In this document: piece by piece, positions 19,557 through 29,796 of the stretch
How the letters are laid out: each line of letters opens with the position of its first letter
How positions within the stretch are numbered: the stretch's first letter is position 1
Assembly (NCBI GenBank): GCA_963704685.1
Contig: OY969930.1
Location: forward strand, 1,245,423 to 1,309,422
Direction: 5' to 3'
Source: an uncultured Actinomycetota bacterium
GTDB taxonomy: Bacteria; Actinomycetota; Actinomycetes; Propionibacteriales; Nocardioidaceae
DNA length: 64,000 nt
Program-made: the position numbers and the translations under genes
Notes under the pieces: model-generated
Databases searched by the model: none
Told to the model about the DNA's origin: nothing
Seen by the model: only the letters and a program-made list of their open reading frames with translations

Positions 19557-20843
19557 TCAGGAGATGCGGTCGATGACCAGCGGCGAGGGCTCGTACGACG
19601 CCGCGTCGGTCGAGATGTCGTAGCCGCCGTCGAGCGAGTCGAGGGCGCGGGCGAAGCGGTGCTCGTCGTCGCTGAGCAGGGTGAAGAGCGGCTGCCCCGC
19701 GGTGACCGGGTCGCCGGGGCGGGCGTGCCAGACCACACCGGCGCCGGCCTGGACCGGGTCCTCCTTGCGGGCTCGGCCCGCACCGAGGCGCCACGCAGCC
19801 AGCCCGACCGCCATCGCGTCCAGGCGGGTGAGCACGCCGGCGGCGGGTGCGGTGACGACATGGGACTCGCGGGCCTGCGGCAGCGCGGCGTCCGGGTCGC
19901 CGCCCTGGGCGCGGATCATCGCCTGCCAGGCATCCATCGCCGATCCGTCGGCGAGCTTCTCGGCCGGGTCCACGTCGGCGCGCCCGGCACCGGCCAGCAT
20001 CTCGCGGGCCAGTGCCAGGGTCAGCTCGACGACGTCCTCCGGACCACCTCCGGCCAGCACCTCCACGGACTCGGCGACCTCGATCGCGTTGCCGGCGGTG
20101 CGACCGAGCGGGGTCGACATGTCGGTGAGCAGGGCGACCGTGTGGACGCCGGCGTCCTTGCCCAGCGCGACCATCGTCTCGGCCAGCTCGCGCGCGGAGT
20201 CGAGGTCCTTCATGAACGCGCCGCTGCCGACCTTGACGTCCAGCACCAGCGCGCCGGTGCCTTCGGCGATCTTCTTGGACATGATCGACGAGGCGATCAG
20301 CGGGATCGCCTCGACGGTGCCGGTCACGTCGCGCAGTGCGTAGAGCTTCTTGTCCGCCGGTGCGAGCTGGTCGCCGGCCGCGCAGATCACAGCGCCGACG
20401 GACTCGAGCTGCTCGAGGAGCTCCCGGTTGGTGAGCGCCGCGCGCCACCCCGGGATCGCCTCGAGCTTGTCGAGGGTGCCGCCGGTGTGGCCCAGGCCAC
20501 GCCCGGACAGCTGGGGTACGGCGACCCCGCACGCCGCCACGAGCGGGGCCAGCGGCAACGTGATCTTGTCGCCGACGCCGCCGGTGGAGTGCTTGTCCGC
20601 GGTCGGACGGGACAGCACGGAGAAGTCCATCCGCTCCCCCGACGCGATCATCGCGGCCGTCCACCGGGCGATCTCGCGCCGGTCCATCCCATTGAGCAGG
20701 ATCGCCATCGCCAGCGCCGACATCTGCTCGTCGGCGACGTGGCCGCGAGTGTAGGCGTCGATCACCCAGTCGATCTGGCCGTCCGAGAGCGGCGAGCGGT
20801 CGCGCTTGGCCGAGATGACCTCGACCGCGTCGTGCTCGGTCAT
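19557..20843 (-). CDS. deoA: Thymidine/pyrimidine-nucleoside phosphorylase
   Basis: DKHSTGGVGDK, SGRGLGHTGGTLDKLE, SIMSKKIAEG, DVKVGSGAFMK. Confidence 0.95.
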   Translation of the reverse strand: MTEHDAVEVISAKRDRSPLSDGQIDWVIDAYTRGHVADEQMSALAMAILLNGMDRREIARWTAAMIASGERMDFSVLSRPTADKHSTGGVGDKITLPLAPLVAACGVAVPQLSGRGLGHTGGTLDKLEAIPGWRAALTNRELLEQLESVGAVICAAGDQLAPADKKLYALRDVTGTVEAIPLIASSIMSKKIAEGTGALVLDVKVGSGAFMKDLDSARELAETMVALGKDAGVHTVALLTDMSTPLGRTAGNAIEVAESVEVLAGGGPEDVVELTLALAREMLAGAGRADVDPAEKLADGSAMDAWQAMIRAQGGDPDAALPQARESHVVTAPAAGVLTRLDAMAVGLAAWRLGAGRARKEDPVQAGAGVVWHARPGDPVTAGQPLFTLLSDDEHRFARALDSLDGGYDISTDAASYEPSPLVIDRIS

Positions 20844-21256
20844 CGAGCACCTCCGGGCTGCACCCTCAGGTTGTCAGGTCCGAAGGCATCCGGCAGCACC
20901 TCGTCCATCCGCCTGACCCCGGAGACCGTCATCAGCAGTAGCTCCGGCCCGCCGTTCTCGTAGAGCAGCTGCCGGCAGCGCCCACAGGGCATCAGGACCT
21001 CGCCCCGTCCGTCGACGCAGGTGAAGTGGGTGAGTCGGCCTCCCCCGGTGATGTGCAGCTGGCTGACCAGTCCGCACTCGGCGCACAGCGTGACGCCGTA
21101 CGCCGCGTTCTCCACGTTGCACCCGGTCACCAGCCGCCCGTCGTCGACGAGCGCGGCGGCACCCACGGGATAGCGGGAGTACGGCGCGTAGGCCCGGCCC
21201 ATCGCGGTCACGGCCTCGGCCTTCAGGGCGAACCAGTCGATCTCGTCCAGGCTCAC
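20840..21256 (-). CDS. cdd: Cytidine deaminase
   Basis: AYAPYS, GCNVENA, CAE, PCGRCRQ. Confidence 0.95.
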   Translation of the reverse strand: MSLDEIDWFALKAEAVTAMGRAYAPYSRYPVGAAALVDDGRLVTGCNVENAAYGVTLCAECGLVSQLHITGGGRLTHFTCVDGRGEVLMPCGRCRQLLYENGGPELLLMTVSGVRRMDEVLPDAFGPDNLRVQPGGAR

Positions 21257-21261
21257 GGCAA

Positions 21262-22560
21262 TCAGCTCTTCACGTAGGGCTCGCCGTCGGCAGCCGGCGG
21301 ACGCACGCGCCCGACGAAGCCGGCCACGGCGATGATCGTCACGAAGTACGGCGAGGCGCGCAGCAGCTCACCGGGGATCTTGTCCAGGAACGCCAGCTGG
21401 CTCTGCAGGGTGTAGCAGAAGCCGAAGAACAACGCGGCCAAGGTGGCCCCGACCGGGTGCCAGCGGCCCATGATGACGGCCGCGAGGGCGATGAAGCCGT
21501 TGCCTGCCGAGGCGTTGTTGTCGAAGGAACCGGTCGAGCCGACCGTGAAGTAGGCACCACCGAGCCCGGCGAACACACCGCCGAGGAGGACCGCCTGCCA
21601 GCGGACCCGGTTGACCTTGATGCCGACCGTGTCGGCGGCCTTGGGGTGCTCGCCCACCGAGCGGACCCGCAGTCCCCACTTGGTCTCGAAGATCAAGAAG
21701 GTGACCAGGAAGACCGAGAGGTACATCAGGTAGACGAGCAACGTCTGGTTGAACAGGGCCGGACCGATGATGGGGATCGCGGACAGGCCGGGCAGCGCGA
21801 TCTTCTCGAGGATCACCGGCTCGTTGAGGTACTGCTTGACCGACGGGTCGTCGGGGATCTGGCTGAGCAGGAAGTTGGTCAGGCCGGTGGCGAGGGCGAT
21901 CAGGACCACACCGAGCACCACCTGGTTGACCTGGTAGCGCAGCGCGAAGACCCCGAGCAGGGCCGCGATCGCCACACCGGCCAGGATCCCACCGACGAGC
22001 CCCATCTCCGCGCTGTAGAACATGCTGGAGAAGACCGCCGCGACGAACGCGCCCATCAGGAACTGACCCTCGATGGCGATGTTGATGACGCCGGAGCGCT
22101 CGCACAGGCACCCGGCGAGCGCTCCGAAGACGAGTGGGGTGGCGAGCTTGATCGTGCCCGGGAACGGGTTGACGATCGCGAGCGGCCGCGCGAACGACTG
22201 GTCGGCGTACGCCCAGATCAGGAAGCCGGTGAAGAAGGCGACGCCCACCGCGAGGAACACCAGTGCGCCCAGCCAGCCGCGGGGCACCCGGTTCAGGCAG
22301 GCCAGGACGAGGGCCGCCAGGGACACCAGGATGCTGATGATGACCAGGGGCCGACCGTCGAGGTCGCGGGCGGGGTCGTCCCGGGTGATCTTCTCCCCGA
22401 GCGTGTAGACGACGTCGAAGCTGTCGACGCTGACCAGGAACCAGATCAGCGCGACCAGGACCAGCGCGAAGACCACGATCATCTTCACCTGACGGCGTAC
22501 GTCGGCACGGTCGCGGACGCCCACGACCTCCTGGGTGGACTCCGCGGTGGCGGCGCTCAC
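21262..22560 (-). CDS. Nucleoside ABC transporter permease 2
   Basis: ERSGVINIAIEG, GLRVRSVGEHP, GFIALAA; GTG start overlaps the upstream permease stop. Confidence 0.9.
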   Translation of the reverse strand: MSAATAESTQEVVGVRDRADVRRQVKMIVVFALVLVALIWFLVSVDSFDVVYTLGEKITRDDPARDLDGRPLVIISILVSLAALVLACLNRVPRGWLGALVFLAVGVAFFTGFLIWAYADQSFARPLAIVNPFPGTIKLATPLVFGALAGCLCERSGVINIAIEGQFLMGAFVAAVFSSMFYSAEMGLVGGILAGVAIAALLGVFALRYQVNQVVLGVVLIALATGLTNFLLSQIPDDPSVKQYLNEPVILEKIALPGLSAIPIIGPALFNQTLLVYLMYLSVFLVTFLIFETKWGLRVRSVGEHPKAADTVGIKVNRVRWQAVLLGGVFAGLGGAYFTVGSTGSFDNNASAGNGFIALAAVIMGRWHPVGATLAALFFGFCYTLQSQLAFLDKIPGELLRASPYFVTIIAVAGFVGRVRPPAADGEPYVKS

Positions 22561-23753
22561 GATCCCCAACCCTTCGCCATGACGGTCGAGCCGCCTCCGG
22601 AGTCCTTGATCCGCAAGATGCTCTTGACCAGAGCAGGCGCGGCGACGAACAGGACGATGAGCGCCTGGAGCACCTGGGTCAGCTCCTTGGGAGTGCCGGC
22701 GGCACTCGCCTGCATGGCGACACCTCCGACGCTGAGGGCACCGAAGAGCAGACCTGCGAAGACCGTGCCGAGCGGAGTGGCCCGACCCAGCAGCGCCACG
22801 GTGATGGCGTCGAAGCCGATCGTGCCGGCCATGTTCGGGCTCAGGGAGTCGTGGTGGCCCAGGACGTTCATGGTGGCGGCGAGGCCGGCGAGCCCGCCGG
22901 CCAGCACCATGGCCAGGGTGTAGACCTTCGGGACGCTCATGCCGGCCGTGCGGGAGGCGTCGGCGTTGGCGCCCACGGCGCGCAGCTCGAAGCCGAGGGT
23001 GCTGCGCTCCAGCACCCACCACACCAGCGCCGCCGCCAGCAGGGCGACGACCACGCCGAGGTGGATGTCGAACACGTGGGGGAACCGGGCCGAGTCGTTC
23101 ACCGGCGGGGAGAGACTGTTGTCGCTGCCCGGCCGCTGGAAGGCGTTCTTGCTCAGTGCGTAGAGCAGCACCGAACCGGCCAGGTAGTTGAGCATGATCG
23201 TGGTGATCACCTCGTGGGCGCCTGTCCGGGCCTTCAGGAGGCCGGCGATCCCGCCCCAGAGCGCACCCCCGAGGATGCCCGCGGCGAAGGCCACCAGCAG
23301 GTGGAGCCCAGGCGGGAGGTCCCAGGTGAAGCCGACGTACCCGGCGCACAAGGCACCGATCAGGAGCTGGCCCTGGGCACCGATGTTGAAGAGTCCGGCG
23401 CGGAAGGCGAGGGTGACGCCCAGGCCGGCGCAGATCAGTGGAGCCGCGCGCTCGAGGGTGATCGTGATGGCGTTCCACGAGCCGACCGAGCCGGTGAGCA
23501 GCGCCCAGTAGGACTCGCCGATCGCCTTGCCGGCCTCGGCGAAGAAGTCCCACGGGTAGGAGAAGAAGTAGGGCAGCGTCTCGAGGGTCGACTCGTCGCT
23601 GAACGCGATGAGGACCGCACCGATGACCAGGGCGATCAGGAACGCAGCGGCGGTGACCTTGACCGTGGCCCACCACTCGGGCCGCGGTCGGCGGGGTGCC
23701 TCTGCCTCCGGAGATGCCTCCGGCAGTGCCTCCGGACTGGGCTTCTCGGTCAT
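22557..23753 (-). CDS. Nucleoside ABC transporter permease 1
   Basis: FRAGLFNIGAQGQ, HEVITTIMLNY, GFELRAVG, GFDAITVALLG. Confidence 0.9.
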   Translation of the reverse strand: MTEKPSPEALPEASPEAEAPRRPRPEWWATVKVTAAAFLIALVIGAVLIAFSDESTLETLPYFFSYPWDFFAEAGKAIGESYWALLTGSVGSWNAITITLERAAPLICAGLGVTLAFRAGLFNIGAQGQLLIGALCAGYVGFTWDLPPGLHLLVAFAAGILGGALWGGIAGLLKARTGAHEVITTIMLNYLAGSVLLYALSKNAFQRPGSDNSLSPPVNDSARFPHVFDIHLGVVVALLAAALVWWVLERSTLGFELRAVGANADASRTAGMSVPKVYTLAMVLAGGLAGLAATMNVLGHHDSLSPNMAGTIGFDAITVALLGRATPLGTVFAGLLFGALSVGGVAMQASAAGTPKELTQVLQALIVLFVAAPALVKSILRIKDSGGGSTVMAKGWGS

Positions 23754-25270
23754 GCGCTGACGCCTTCCGCAGGCTCGTGGGCACCGGCCATCATCAGGCC
23801 GATGTCCTCTCGGGCGATGTCCGGGGGGACGACACCGACGATGCGACCGTCGTACATCACCGCGATCCGGTCGGACAGGGCGAAGATCTCGTCGAGCTCG
23901 GTGGACACGATGATGACGGCGGTCCCCCGGTCGCGCTCCTCGATGATCCGTTTGTGGATGAACTCGATGGATCCCACGTCGACCCCGCGCGTGGGCTGCG
24001 AGGCGACGAGCACCTTCAGGTCGCGGGAGAACTCCCGGGCCACGACGACCTTCTGCTGGTTGCCGCCCGACAACGAGGACAGCGGTGAGGAGCCGGACTC
24101 CGTGCGGATGTCGAACTGCTCGATCCGGTCGCGGGCGTTGGCGTCGATCTCACCGAGGCGCAGGGCCAGCCCGCGCGAGAAGGCATCGGTGCGGTAGAGG
24201 TCGAGGACGAGGTTCTCCCGGACGCTGAAGTCGGCGACGAAGCCGTCGTGCGAGCGGTCCTCGGGGATGTAGCCGATGCCGTCCTCGAGGCTCTCGCGCG
24301 GCCCGTGCTTGCTGATGTCCTTGCCCTCGAGCCTGATCACGCCCGCGTCCGGCTTGATCAGCCCGAGCAGGGACTTGATGAGCTCGGTCTGGCCATTGCC
24401 CTGGACACCGGCGATGCCGAGGACCTCTCCGGCCCGCGCGGAGAAGGAGACGTCCTTGACCACCTGGTGCCCCCGGGGGTCGATGACCGTCACGTTCGCG
24501 ACGTCGAGCACGGTGTCGCCGGCTGCGGCAGCGGACTTCTCGACGCGCAGGTTGACCGCGCGACCGACCATCATCTCGGCGAGCTCGGCCTCGGAGGCGT
24601 CCGGGGAGATGGTGCCGACCACCTTGCCGCGACGGATCACGCTGATCCGGTCGCCGACCGCCTTGACCTCGCGGAGCTTGTGGGTGATGAAGATGATCGA
24701 GGTCCCCTGCTCCTTGAGAGCTCGCATGATCTCCATGAGCTCGTCGATCTCCTGGGGCGTCAGCACCGCCGTGGGCTCGTCGAGGATCAGCACCTTGGCC
24801 TGGTTGGAGAGTGCCTTGAGGATCTCCACCCGCTGCTGCACACCGACGGGGAGGTCCTCGACCAGGGCGCCGGGGTCGACCGCCAAGCCGTAGCGCTGCG
24901 AGAGCTCGCGCACCAGCTCGGAGGCCTTCGACCGGTTCAGGACACCGAGGCCTCGGGTCTGCTCACGGCCGAGCATCACGTTCTCGGCGACGGTGAAGAC
25001 CGGCACCAGCATGAAGTGCTGGTGGACCATGCCGATCCCGGTGGCGATGGCGTCGCTCGGGGAGACGAAGGAGACCGGCTCGCCGTCGACGACGATCTCG
25101 CCCTCGGTGGGCTCGAGCAGTCCGTAGAGCATGTTCATCAGGGTGGACTTGCCGGCACCGTTCTCGCCGAGGAGGCAGTGGATCTCACCAGGCTCGACGG
25201 TCAGGTCGATGCTGTCGTTGGCGGTGAAGGACCCGAACCTCCTGGTGAGGCCCCTGATCTCCAGCTTCAT
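23750..25270 (-). CDS. Nucleoside ABC transporter ATP-binding protein (two ABC domains)
   Basis: GENGAGKST, LILDEPT, LSGGNQQK, QPTRGVD. Confidence 0.93.
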   Translation of the reverse strand: MKLEIRGLTRRFGSFTANDSIDLTVEPGEIHCLLGENGAGKSTLMNMLYGLLEPTEGEIVVDGEPVSFVSPSDAIATGIGMVHQHFMLVPVFTVAENVMLGREQTRGLGVLNRSKASELVRELSQRYGLAVDPGALVEDLPVGVQQRVEILKALSNQAKVLILDEPTAVLTPQEIDELMEIMRALKEQGTSIIFITHKLREVKAVGDRISVIRRGKVVGTISPDASEAELAEMMVGRAVNLRVEKSAAAAGDTVLDVANVTVIDPRGHQVVKDVSFSARAGEVLGIAGVQGNGQTELIKSLLGLIKPDAGVIRLEGKDISKHGPRESLEDGIGYIPEDRSHDGFVADFSVRENLVLDLYRTDAFSRGLALRLGEIDANARDRIEQFDIRTESGSSPLSSLSGGNQQKVVVAREFSRDLKVLVASQPTRGVDVGSIEFIHKRIIEERDRGTAVIIVSTELDEIFALSDRIAVMYDGRIVGVVPPDIAREDIGLMMAGAHEPAEGVSA

Positions 25271-25341
25271 CGTGCTCCCCTTCAGGTACGACAACGTCCG
25301 CGGCCGCGCCACGACAGACTAGTGCTCCGAAAAATCGCCGA

Positions 25342-25376
25342 GCGGAGCCGGGGTGAGTGGCCCACCCCGGCTCCGC
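25342..25376. terminator. Intra-operonic stem-loop after the BMP gene
   Basis: Perfect 14-bp arms GCGGAGCCGGGGTG / CACCCCGGCTCCGC. Confidence 0.7.
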
Positions 25377-25400
25377 CTCGTGCGGTGATCGTGCGGCCGG

Positions 25401-26480
25401 TCAGCCGACCTTGAGGTCGCCTGAGATGATCGAGGCCTTGAGCTCGTCGATCTTGTCCTTGACGTCGGAGTCGATGCTGTCCTCCTGGTCGTGGTACGGC
25501 GCCAGGCCGACGCCCTCGTTCTCCAGGGTGCCGACGAACAGCTCGTTGCTGAAGTTGCCGTCGAGGGAGTCCGCCACGGCGGTCTCGACGGCCACGTCGA
25601 TGCCCTTCATCACCGAGGTGAGCAGGATGCTGCAGTACTCCGCGGCCGACTCGCAGCCGTCGGTGTCGACCCAGATGGCGCGGGCGTCGGCGTCCTTGGC
25701 GGCCTGCAGACCACCCAGACCGGCGGTGCCGGCCACCGGCATGATGATGTCAGCACCCTGCTGGATCATCTGCTCGGCGATGTTCTGACCCTTGGTCTTG
25801 TCCTCGAAGTCCTCGGTGAAGGACCCGTCCTTGCCGTCCCAGCCCAGGACCTGGACGTCGGCGCTCTCGTCCTTGTTGTAGGCCAGGACGCCCTTGCGGA
25901 AGCCCTCCATGAAGATCGTGACGGTCGGGATGTTGAGGCCACCGAAGGTGCCGACCGTGCCCGACTCGCTCTCGGCCGCGGCGAGGTAGCCGGCCAGGTA
26001 GGCGGGCTGGGCGGTGTCGAAGGTGAGACCCTTGAGGTTCTTGGCCGGCTTCTCGTAGGCGTAGTCGACGATCGCGAAGTCCACGTTGGGGTTCTTCTTG
26101 GCGGCCGCCTCCGTGGCGTCACCGAGCAGGAAGCCAACGGTGGTGATCTGGTTGCACTTCTGCTTCACCAGGGCGTTGATGTTGTCGGCGTACTCGGAGT
26201 CGCTGTTCGACTCGACCTTGCCGGTGGAGATGCCCTGGCTCGTCTCGGCGTCCGTCAGACCCTTGAGTGCCGTCTGGTTGAACGACTTGTCGTCGAATCC
26301 GCCGGAGTCCGAGACCATGCAGGCCTTGAAGTCGGGGTTGCTCGCCGTGGGGGTGGGGCTCGCCGAGTCCGAGGTCGCGTCCGCCGCGCCGTCGGAGCCG
26401 TCGCTGCCGCGATCTCCACATGCCGTCAGGGCGAGCGCGGCCAGGCCGGCCACCAATGCCATACGTGCCGTCTTCTTCAC
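25401..26480 (-). CDS. BMP-family nucleoside-binding lipoprotein
   Basis: Lipobox LTAC, GGFDDKSFNQ, IWVDTD, TSVMK; AGGAGG RBS before GTG 26480. Confidence 0.92.
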   Translation of the reverse strand: MKKTARMALVAGLAALALTACGDRGSDGSDGAADATSDSASPTPTASNPDFKACMVSDSGGFDDKSFNQTALKGLTDAETSQGISTGKVESNSDSEYADNINALVKQKCNQITTVGFLLGDATEAAAKKNPNVDFAIVDYAYEKPAKNLKGLTFDTAQPAYLAGYLAAAESESGTVGTFGGLNIPTVTIFMEGFRKGVLAYNKDESADVQVLGWDGKDGSFTEDFEDKTKGQNIAEQMIQQGADIIMPVAGTAGLGGLQAAKDADARAIWVDTDGCESAAEYCSILLTSVMKGIDVAVETAVADSLDGNFSNELFVGTLENEGVGLAPYHDQEDSIDSDVKDKIDELKASIISGDLKVG

Positions 26481-26728
26481 GGCGATCCTCCTGGGGATTC
26501 GGTGTGATGCCCCCAGGGTCCGGGAGCACATCGCGTCACCCTAGTGGCCGTTCAGGCTCCCCGGGGACCGTGGGGGAGCCATTTCCCGGGTTGTTATCAG
26601 TCGGTGACCAACGCGGCCTCCACCGGTCACGCTCCGGCGATCCCGTCATCTCGCAGGAAATACTTCGCTTAGCCCCCGACCGATCGGGGTAGGCGTCGAC
26701 AGTCATCCATCCCAGAAGGAGCACCCCT

Positions 26729-27298
26729 ATGCCACGTCAGTTCCCCACGGCGCCTCGGTGGCGCCGTCATGTCGGAGTCATGGGCATCGTCCTGACCGTC
26801 GTGTTCTCGTCACTGATCCTCGCCCCCCAGCCGGCGAACGCCTCGACGGCCTGCAAGGTCAGGAACACCGCCCAGGGCTCCATCAAGACCTGTGTGACCT
26901 ACAAGGTCAGCAGCCGCAAGTTCTACCGGGTCTTCGGGTCCGGCGTGAAGAACACGAAGGACCACGCTTCGGTGCTGCACTGCACGTCGACCCAGAAGAA
27001 GACCATGAACTACAGCGTCAGCAGCACGGTGAGCGCCGAAGGCGGGTTCATCTTCGGCAAGGTCTCGGGCTCGGTGACGGGCGGGCTGTCGAAGTCGGTC
27101 GAGGCCGGCTACAGCGTCTCGGTGGACGTGAAGGTCCCGAAGGGGCAGACGTTGTTCTGCGACTGGGGCATCTACTACTACACGTTCTCCGGCACCGTCA
27201 CCAAGAAGTACTGCACGTCGTGGTGCTCCACCACGAAGACCCCCTTCAAGGGCAAGTCTCCCAGCCGGTCGATCTGGAAGCTGTCGGTCGGCCGCTAG
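26729..27298 (+). CDS. Secreted Lys/Ser/Thr-rich protein with six Cys and a beta-pore-forming-toxin-like hairpin
   Basis: AAGGAG RBS, signal peptide ending PANA, segment YSVSSTVSAEGGFIFGKVSGSVTGGLSKSVEAGYSVSVDVKVPKGQT. Confidence 0.7.
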   Translation: MPRQFPTAPRWRRHVGVMGIVLTVVFSSLILAPQPANASTACKVRNTAQGSIKTCVTYKVSSRKFYRVFGSGVKNTKDHASVLHCTSTQKKTMNYSVSSTVSAEGGFIFGKVSGSVTGGLSKSVEAGYSVSVDVKVPKGQTLFCDWGIYYYTFSGTVTKKYCTSWCSTTKTPFKGKSPSRSIWKLSVGR

Positions 27299-27321
27299 CA
27301 GCCGTCCTCGGGTCGTCCGCC

Positions 27322-28506
27322 TCAGGGCGACCCGAGAGCGACGGCCGCGATCGAGGCGAGCACCTGGGCTCCGATGCCGATCGCCCGCTCGTCGACGCGC
27401 AGGTTGCCCTGGTGCAGGTCGTACGTCGGACCCCCGGGAGTGCGGGTCCCGAGCCGGATCATCGCACCCGGGACCCGCTCGACGTACCAGCCGAAGTCCT
27501 CGCCGCCGAGGCTCTGCGGGACGGTCGTCGAGCCGTGCGGGCCGAGCACCGAGTGGACGGCCGCGAGCGCGATCGCGTTGGCACCGACGTCGTTGACGAC
27601 CGGCGGGACACCCTGGAGGTAGTCGACGCTGGCGCTGACGTCGTAGGGCCGCACGATGTCGTGGACCGCCTCCCGGATGATCGGCTCGCACTGGGTCCAG
27701 GCGACGGCGTCGAGGATCCGCACCGTGCCGGCGACCTCGCCGCGGTCGGGGATCACGTTGGCCGCGGCGCCCGCCCGGACGATGCCCCACACGACCGACA
27801 CCCCGGCTCGGGGGTCCATCCGGCGGCTGAGCACCGCAGGCAGCTCACTGATCACCTTCGCGAGCGCGAAGGTCAGGTCACCGGTGAGGTGCGGGCGAGA
27901 CGTGTGGCCGCCGGTGCCCTCAAGACGCACCACGATCCGGTCGGCGGCGCTGGTGAGCGGGCCGTCGCGCAGTCCGATCCGACCGACGTCCACGGCGGGG
28001 TCGCAGTGCAGGGCGAAGATCTGGTCGACGTCGTCGAGCGCGCCGCCGACGATCAGCTGGCGGGCCCCACCGGGCATGACTTCTTCGGCCGGCTGGAAGA
28101 CCAGCCGCACTCGTCCGGTCAGCGCTTCGCGCTCGTGGAGGGCGGCCAGGGCCAGGCCGGCACCGACCAGAGCGGTCGTGTGCACGTCGTGCCCGCAGGC
28201 GTGCGCGACGCCCGGCGTGGTGGATACCCACGGGTCCTCGGTGACGTCGGTGACCGGCAGCGCGTCCATGTCGGCGCGCAGCGCGACCACCCGGTCGCCG
28301 GACCCGATCTCAGCGACCAGCCCGGTCTCGGGCGTCCGTTCGATCCGCCACCCGGCCAGTGCCAGCCGCGCGGCGACCACCCGGGTGGTGCGCTCCTCGG
28401 CCCAGGACAGCTCGGGATGTGCGTGCAGGTCGCGGCGGAGGTCGACGAGCTCCGTGTCGTGCTTCTCGACGACGGACTGGATCAGCGCAGCGGTCTCGGA
28501 CATCAC
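27322..28506 (-). CDS. M20D amidohydrolase (AmiA-like)
   Basis: RRDLHAHPELS, LRADMDALP, HACGHDVH, FQPAEE, GGEDF. Confidence 0.92.
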   Translation of the reverse strand: MMSETAALIQSVVEKHDTELVDLRRDLHAHPELSWAEERTTRVVAARLALAGWRIERTPETGLVAEIGSGDRVVALRADMDALPVTDVTEDPWVSTTPGVAHACGHDVHTTALVGAGLALAALHEREALTGRVRLVFQPAEEVMPGGARQLIVGGALDDVDQIFALHCDPAVDVGRIGLRDGPLTSAADRIVVRLEGTGGHTSRPHLTGDLTFALAKVISELPAVLSRRMDPRAGVSVVWGIVRAGAAANVIPDRGEVAGTVRILDAVAWTQCEPIIREAVHDIVRPYDVSASVDYLQGVPPVVNDVGANAIALAAVHSVLGPHGSTTVPQSLGGEDFGWYVERVPGAMIRLGTRTPGGPTYDLHQGNLRVDERAIGIGAQVLASIAAVALGSP

Positions 28507-28573
28507 GGTCGAGGTTAGTTCACGGGATCAGGCTCCCGAGAGCCTGTCCGCGTGAGACCGGACCGGTCGCCCC

Positions 28574-29716
28574 CTACCGGCGGAACCGGACCAGCTTGCC
28601 TGCCGGCGGCTCCGAGAGCACCTTGACGGTGGCGTAGAGCCCGCGCTTGTCCCATTCGATCGCAGCCGGCATCGCGATGGTCGCGTAGGGCCTGGCCTTC
28701 GTGGATCCGGCCGGGACCTTCACGATCGAGCCGGCGAAGAGCTGCGAGACGAACATCGTGCCGCGGGGGTTCAGCCCCAGGCCGACCGGTGCCGACAGCC
28801 CGGACACCAGCGTCGTGACTCTTCCCGACTTCGGGTTGATCCGGTGGACGGCTCCGAGCGGCAGCGCCTCGCCGAGGCCGCCGCCGAGCGTGGTCACGTA
28901 GAGCCGGCCGTGGCGGAGCTCGATGTCGGTCGGCACCGGCTCGGAGAGGTACGTCAGGCCCACCGCGCAGTCCGGCAGGCCGAACCCGGTGGCCAGCTCG
29001 GCCGTGACGGGCACCTTGGCAGGCTTGAGCACCGCGACCGTCCGGACCTTGCCCGAGCGACTGATCGAGACCACGTCGTTGGCCCCGGCGTCGGCGACGT
29101 AGGTCTTCTTCCGCGTCGAGGCGGTCGCGAAGGGGTGCGAGTACGCCTCTCCCGGGTAGGTCGCCGGACCGACCTCGGGCGGGAGCAGGGCCGCGCACTC
29201 ATCGCTGATGCCGACGAAACCGTAGGTCACGCCGCCGTCCGGGTTGTGCTTGGCCTCATGGGCGCCGAGGTCTGCCACCTTGCGCACCGCGCCCGACTTC
29301 TTGACCACCATCACCCTGGCGCTGCCGGCGCGGGCCGACGCCGCCTTCTGGTGGCCCAGACCGAGCCTCGTCAGCCCGCGACGCTCCTCCGGCGGGCCGC
29401 CGGGCGTGATCGCGAAGGTCAGCTCGCCGGCGCGCCACGACAGGGCCCCGACCTCGTCTCCGGGCGTCCTGACGGAGTAGACCCGCTTCGGCTTCTTGCC
29501 CGGCACCAGCCGGTGGACCTGGCCGGCGAAGTTCTGGGAGTAGTAGACCGTGCCGTCCGGTGCGACCGCCACGCTGAGCGGGCTCACCAGTCCCTTCGCG
29601 AGGGTCTTGGGTATGGGTGGGTCTGCCGGTGCTGCGGTGGCCGTGGGTAGGGCGAGGCCGGCGCCCCCGAGGGCGAGCGCAGCCAAGGCTGCGGTGACGA
29701 TGGTTGGACGGAACAT
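28574..29716 (-). CDS. Secreted ScyD/ScyE-family beta-propeller protein
   Basis: Signal peptide, EAKHNPDG, SHPF, VADAGAND, EPVPT; AGGAGG RBS. Confidence 0.75.
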   Translation of the reverse strand: MFRPTIVTAALAALALGGAGLALPTATAAPADPPIPKTLAKGLVSPLSVAVAPDGTVYYSQNFAGQVHRLVPGKKPKRVYSVRTPGDEVGALSWRAGELTFAITPGGPPEERRGLTRLGLGHQKAASARAGSARVMVVKKSGAVRKVADLGAHEAKHNPDGGVTYGFVGISDECAALLPPEVGPATYPGEAYSHPFATASTRKKTYVADAGANDVVSISRSGKVRTVAVLKPAKVPVTAELATGFGLPDCAVGLTYLSEPVPTDIELRHGRLYVTTLGGGLGEALPLGAVHRINPKSGRVTTLVSGLSAPVGLGLNPRGTMFVSQLFAGSIVKVPAGSTKARPYATIAMPAAIEWDKRGLYATVKVLSEPPAGKLVRFRR

Positions 29717-29796
29717 GCAGAGCCTCCTGGCTGGGTAGCAGTGTCGAGATTCCGATCGTCGTCTCCACCACGTCCCAGATACATGGGGCAAATGTG

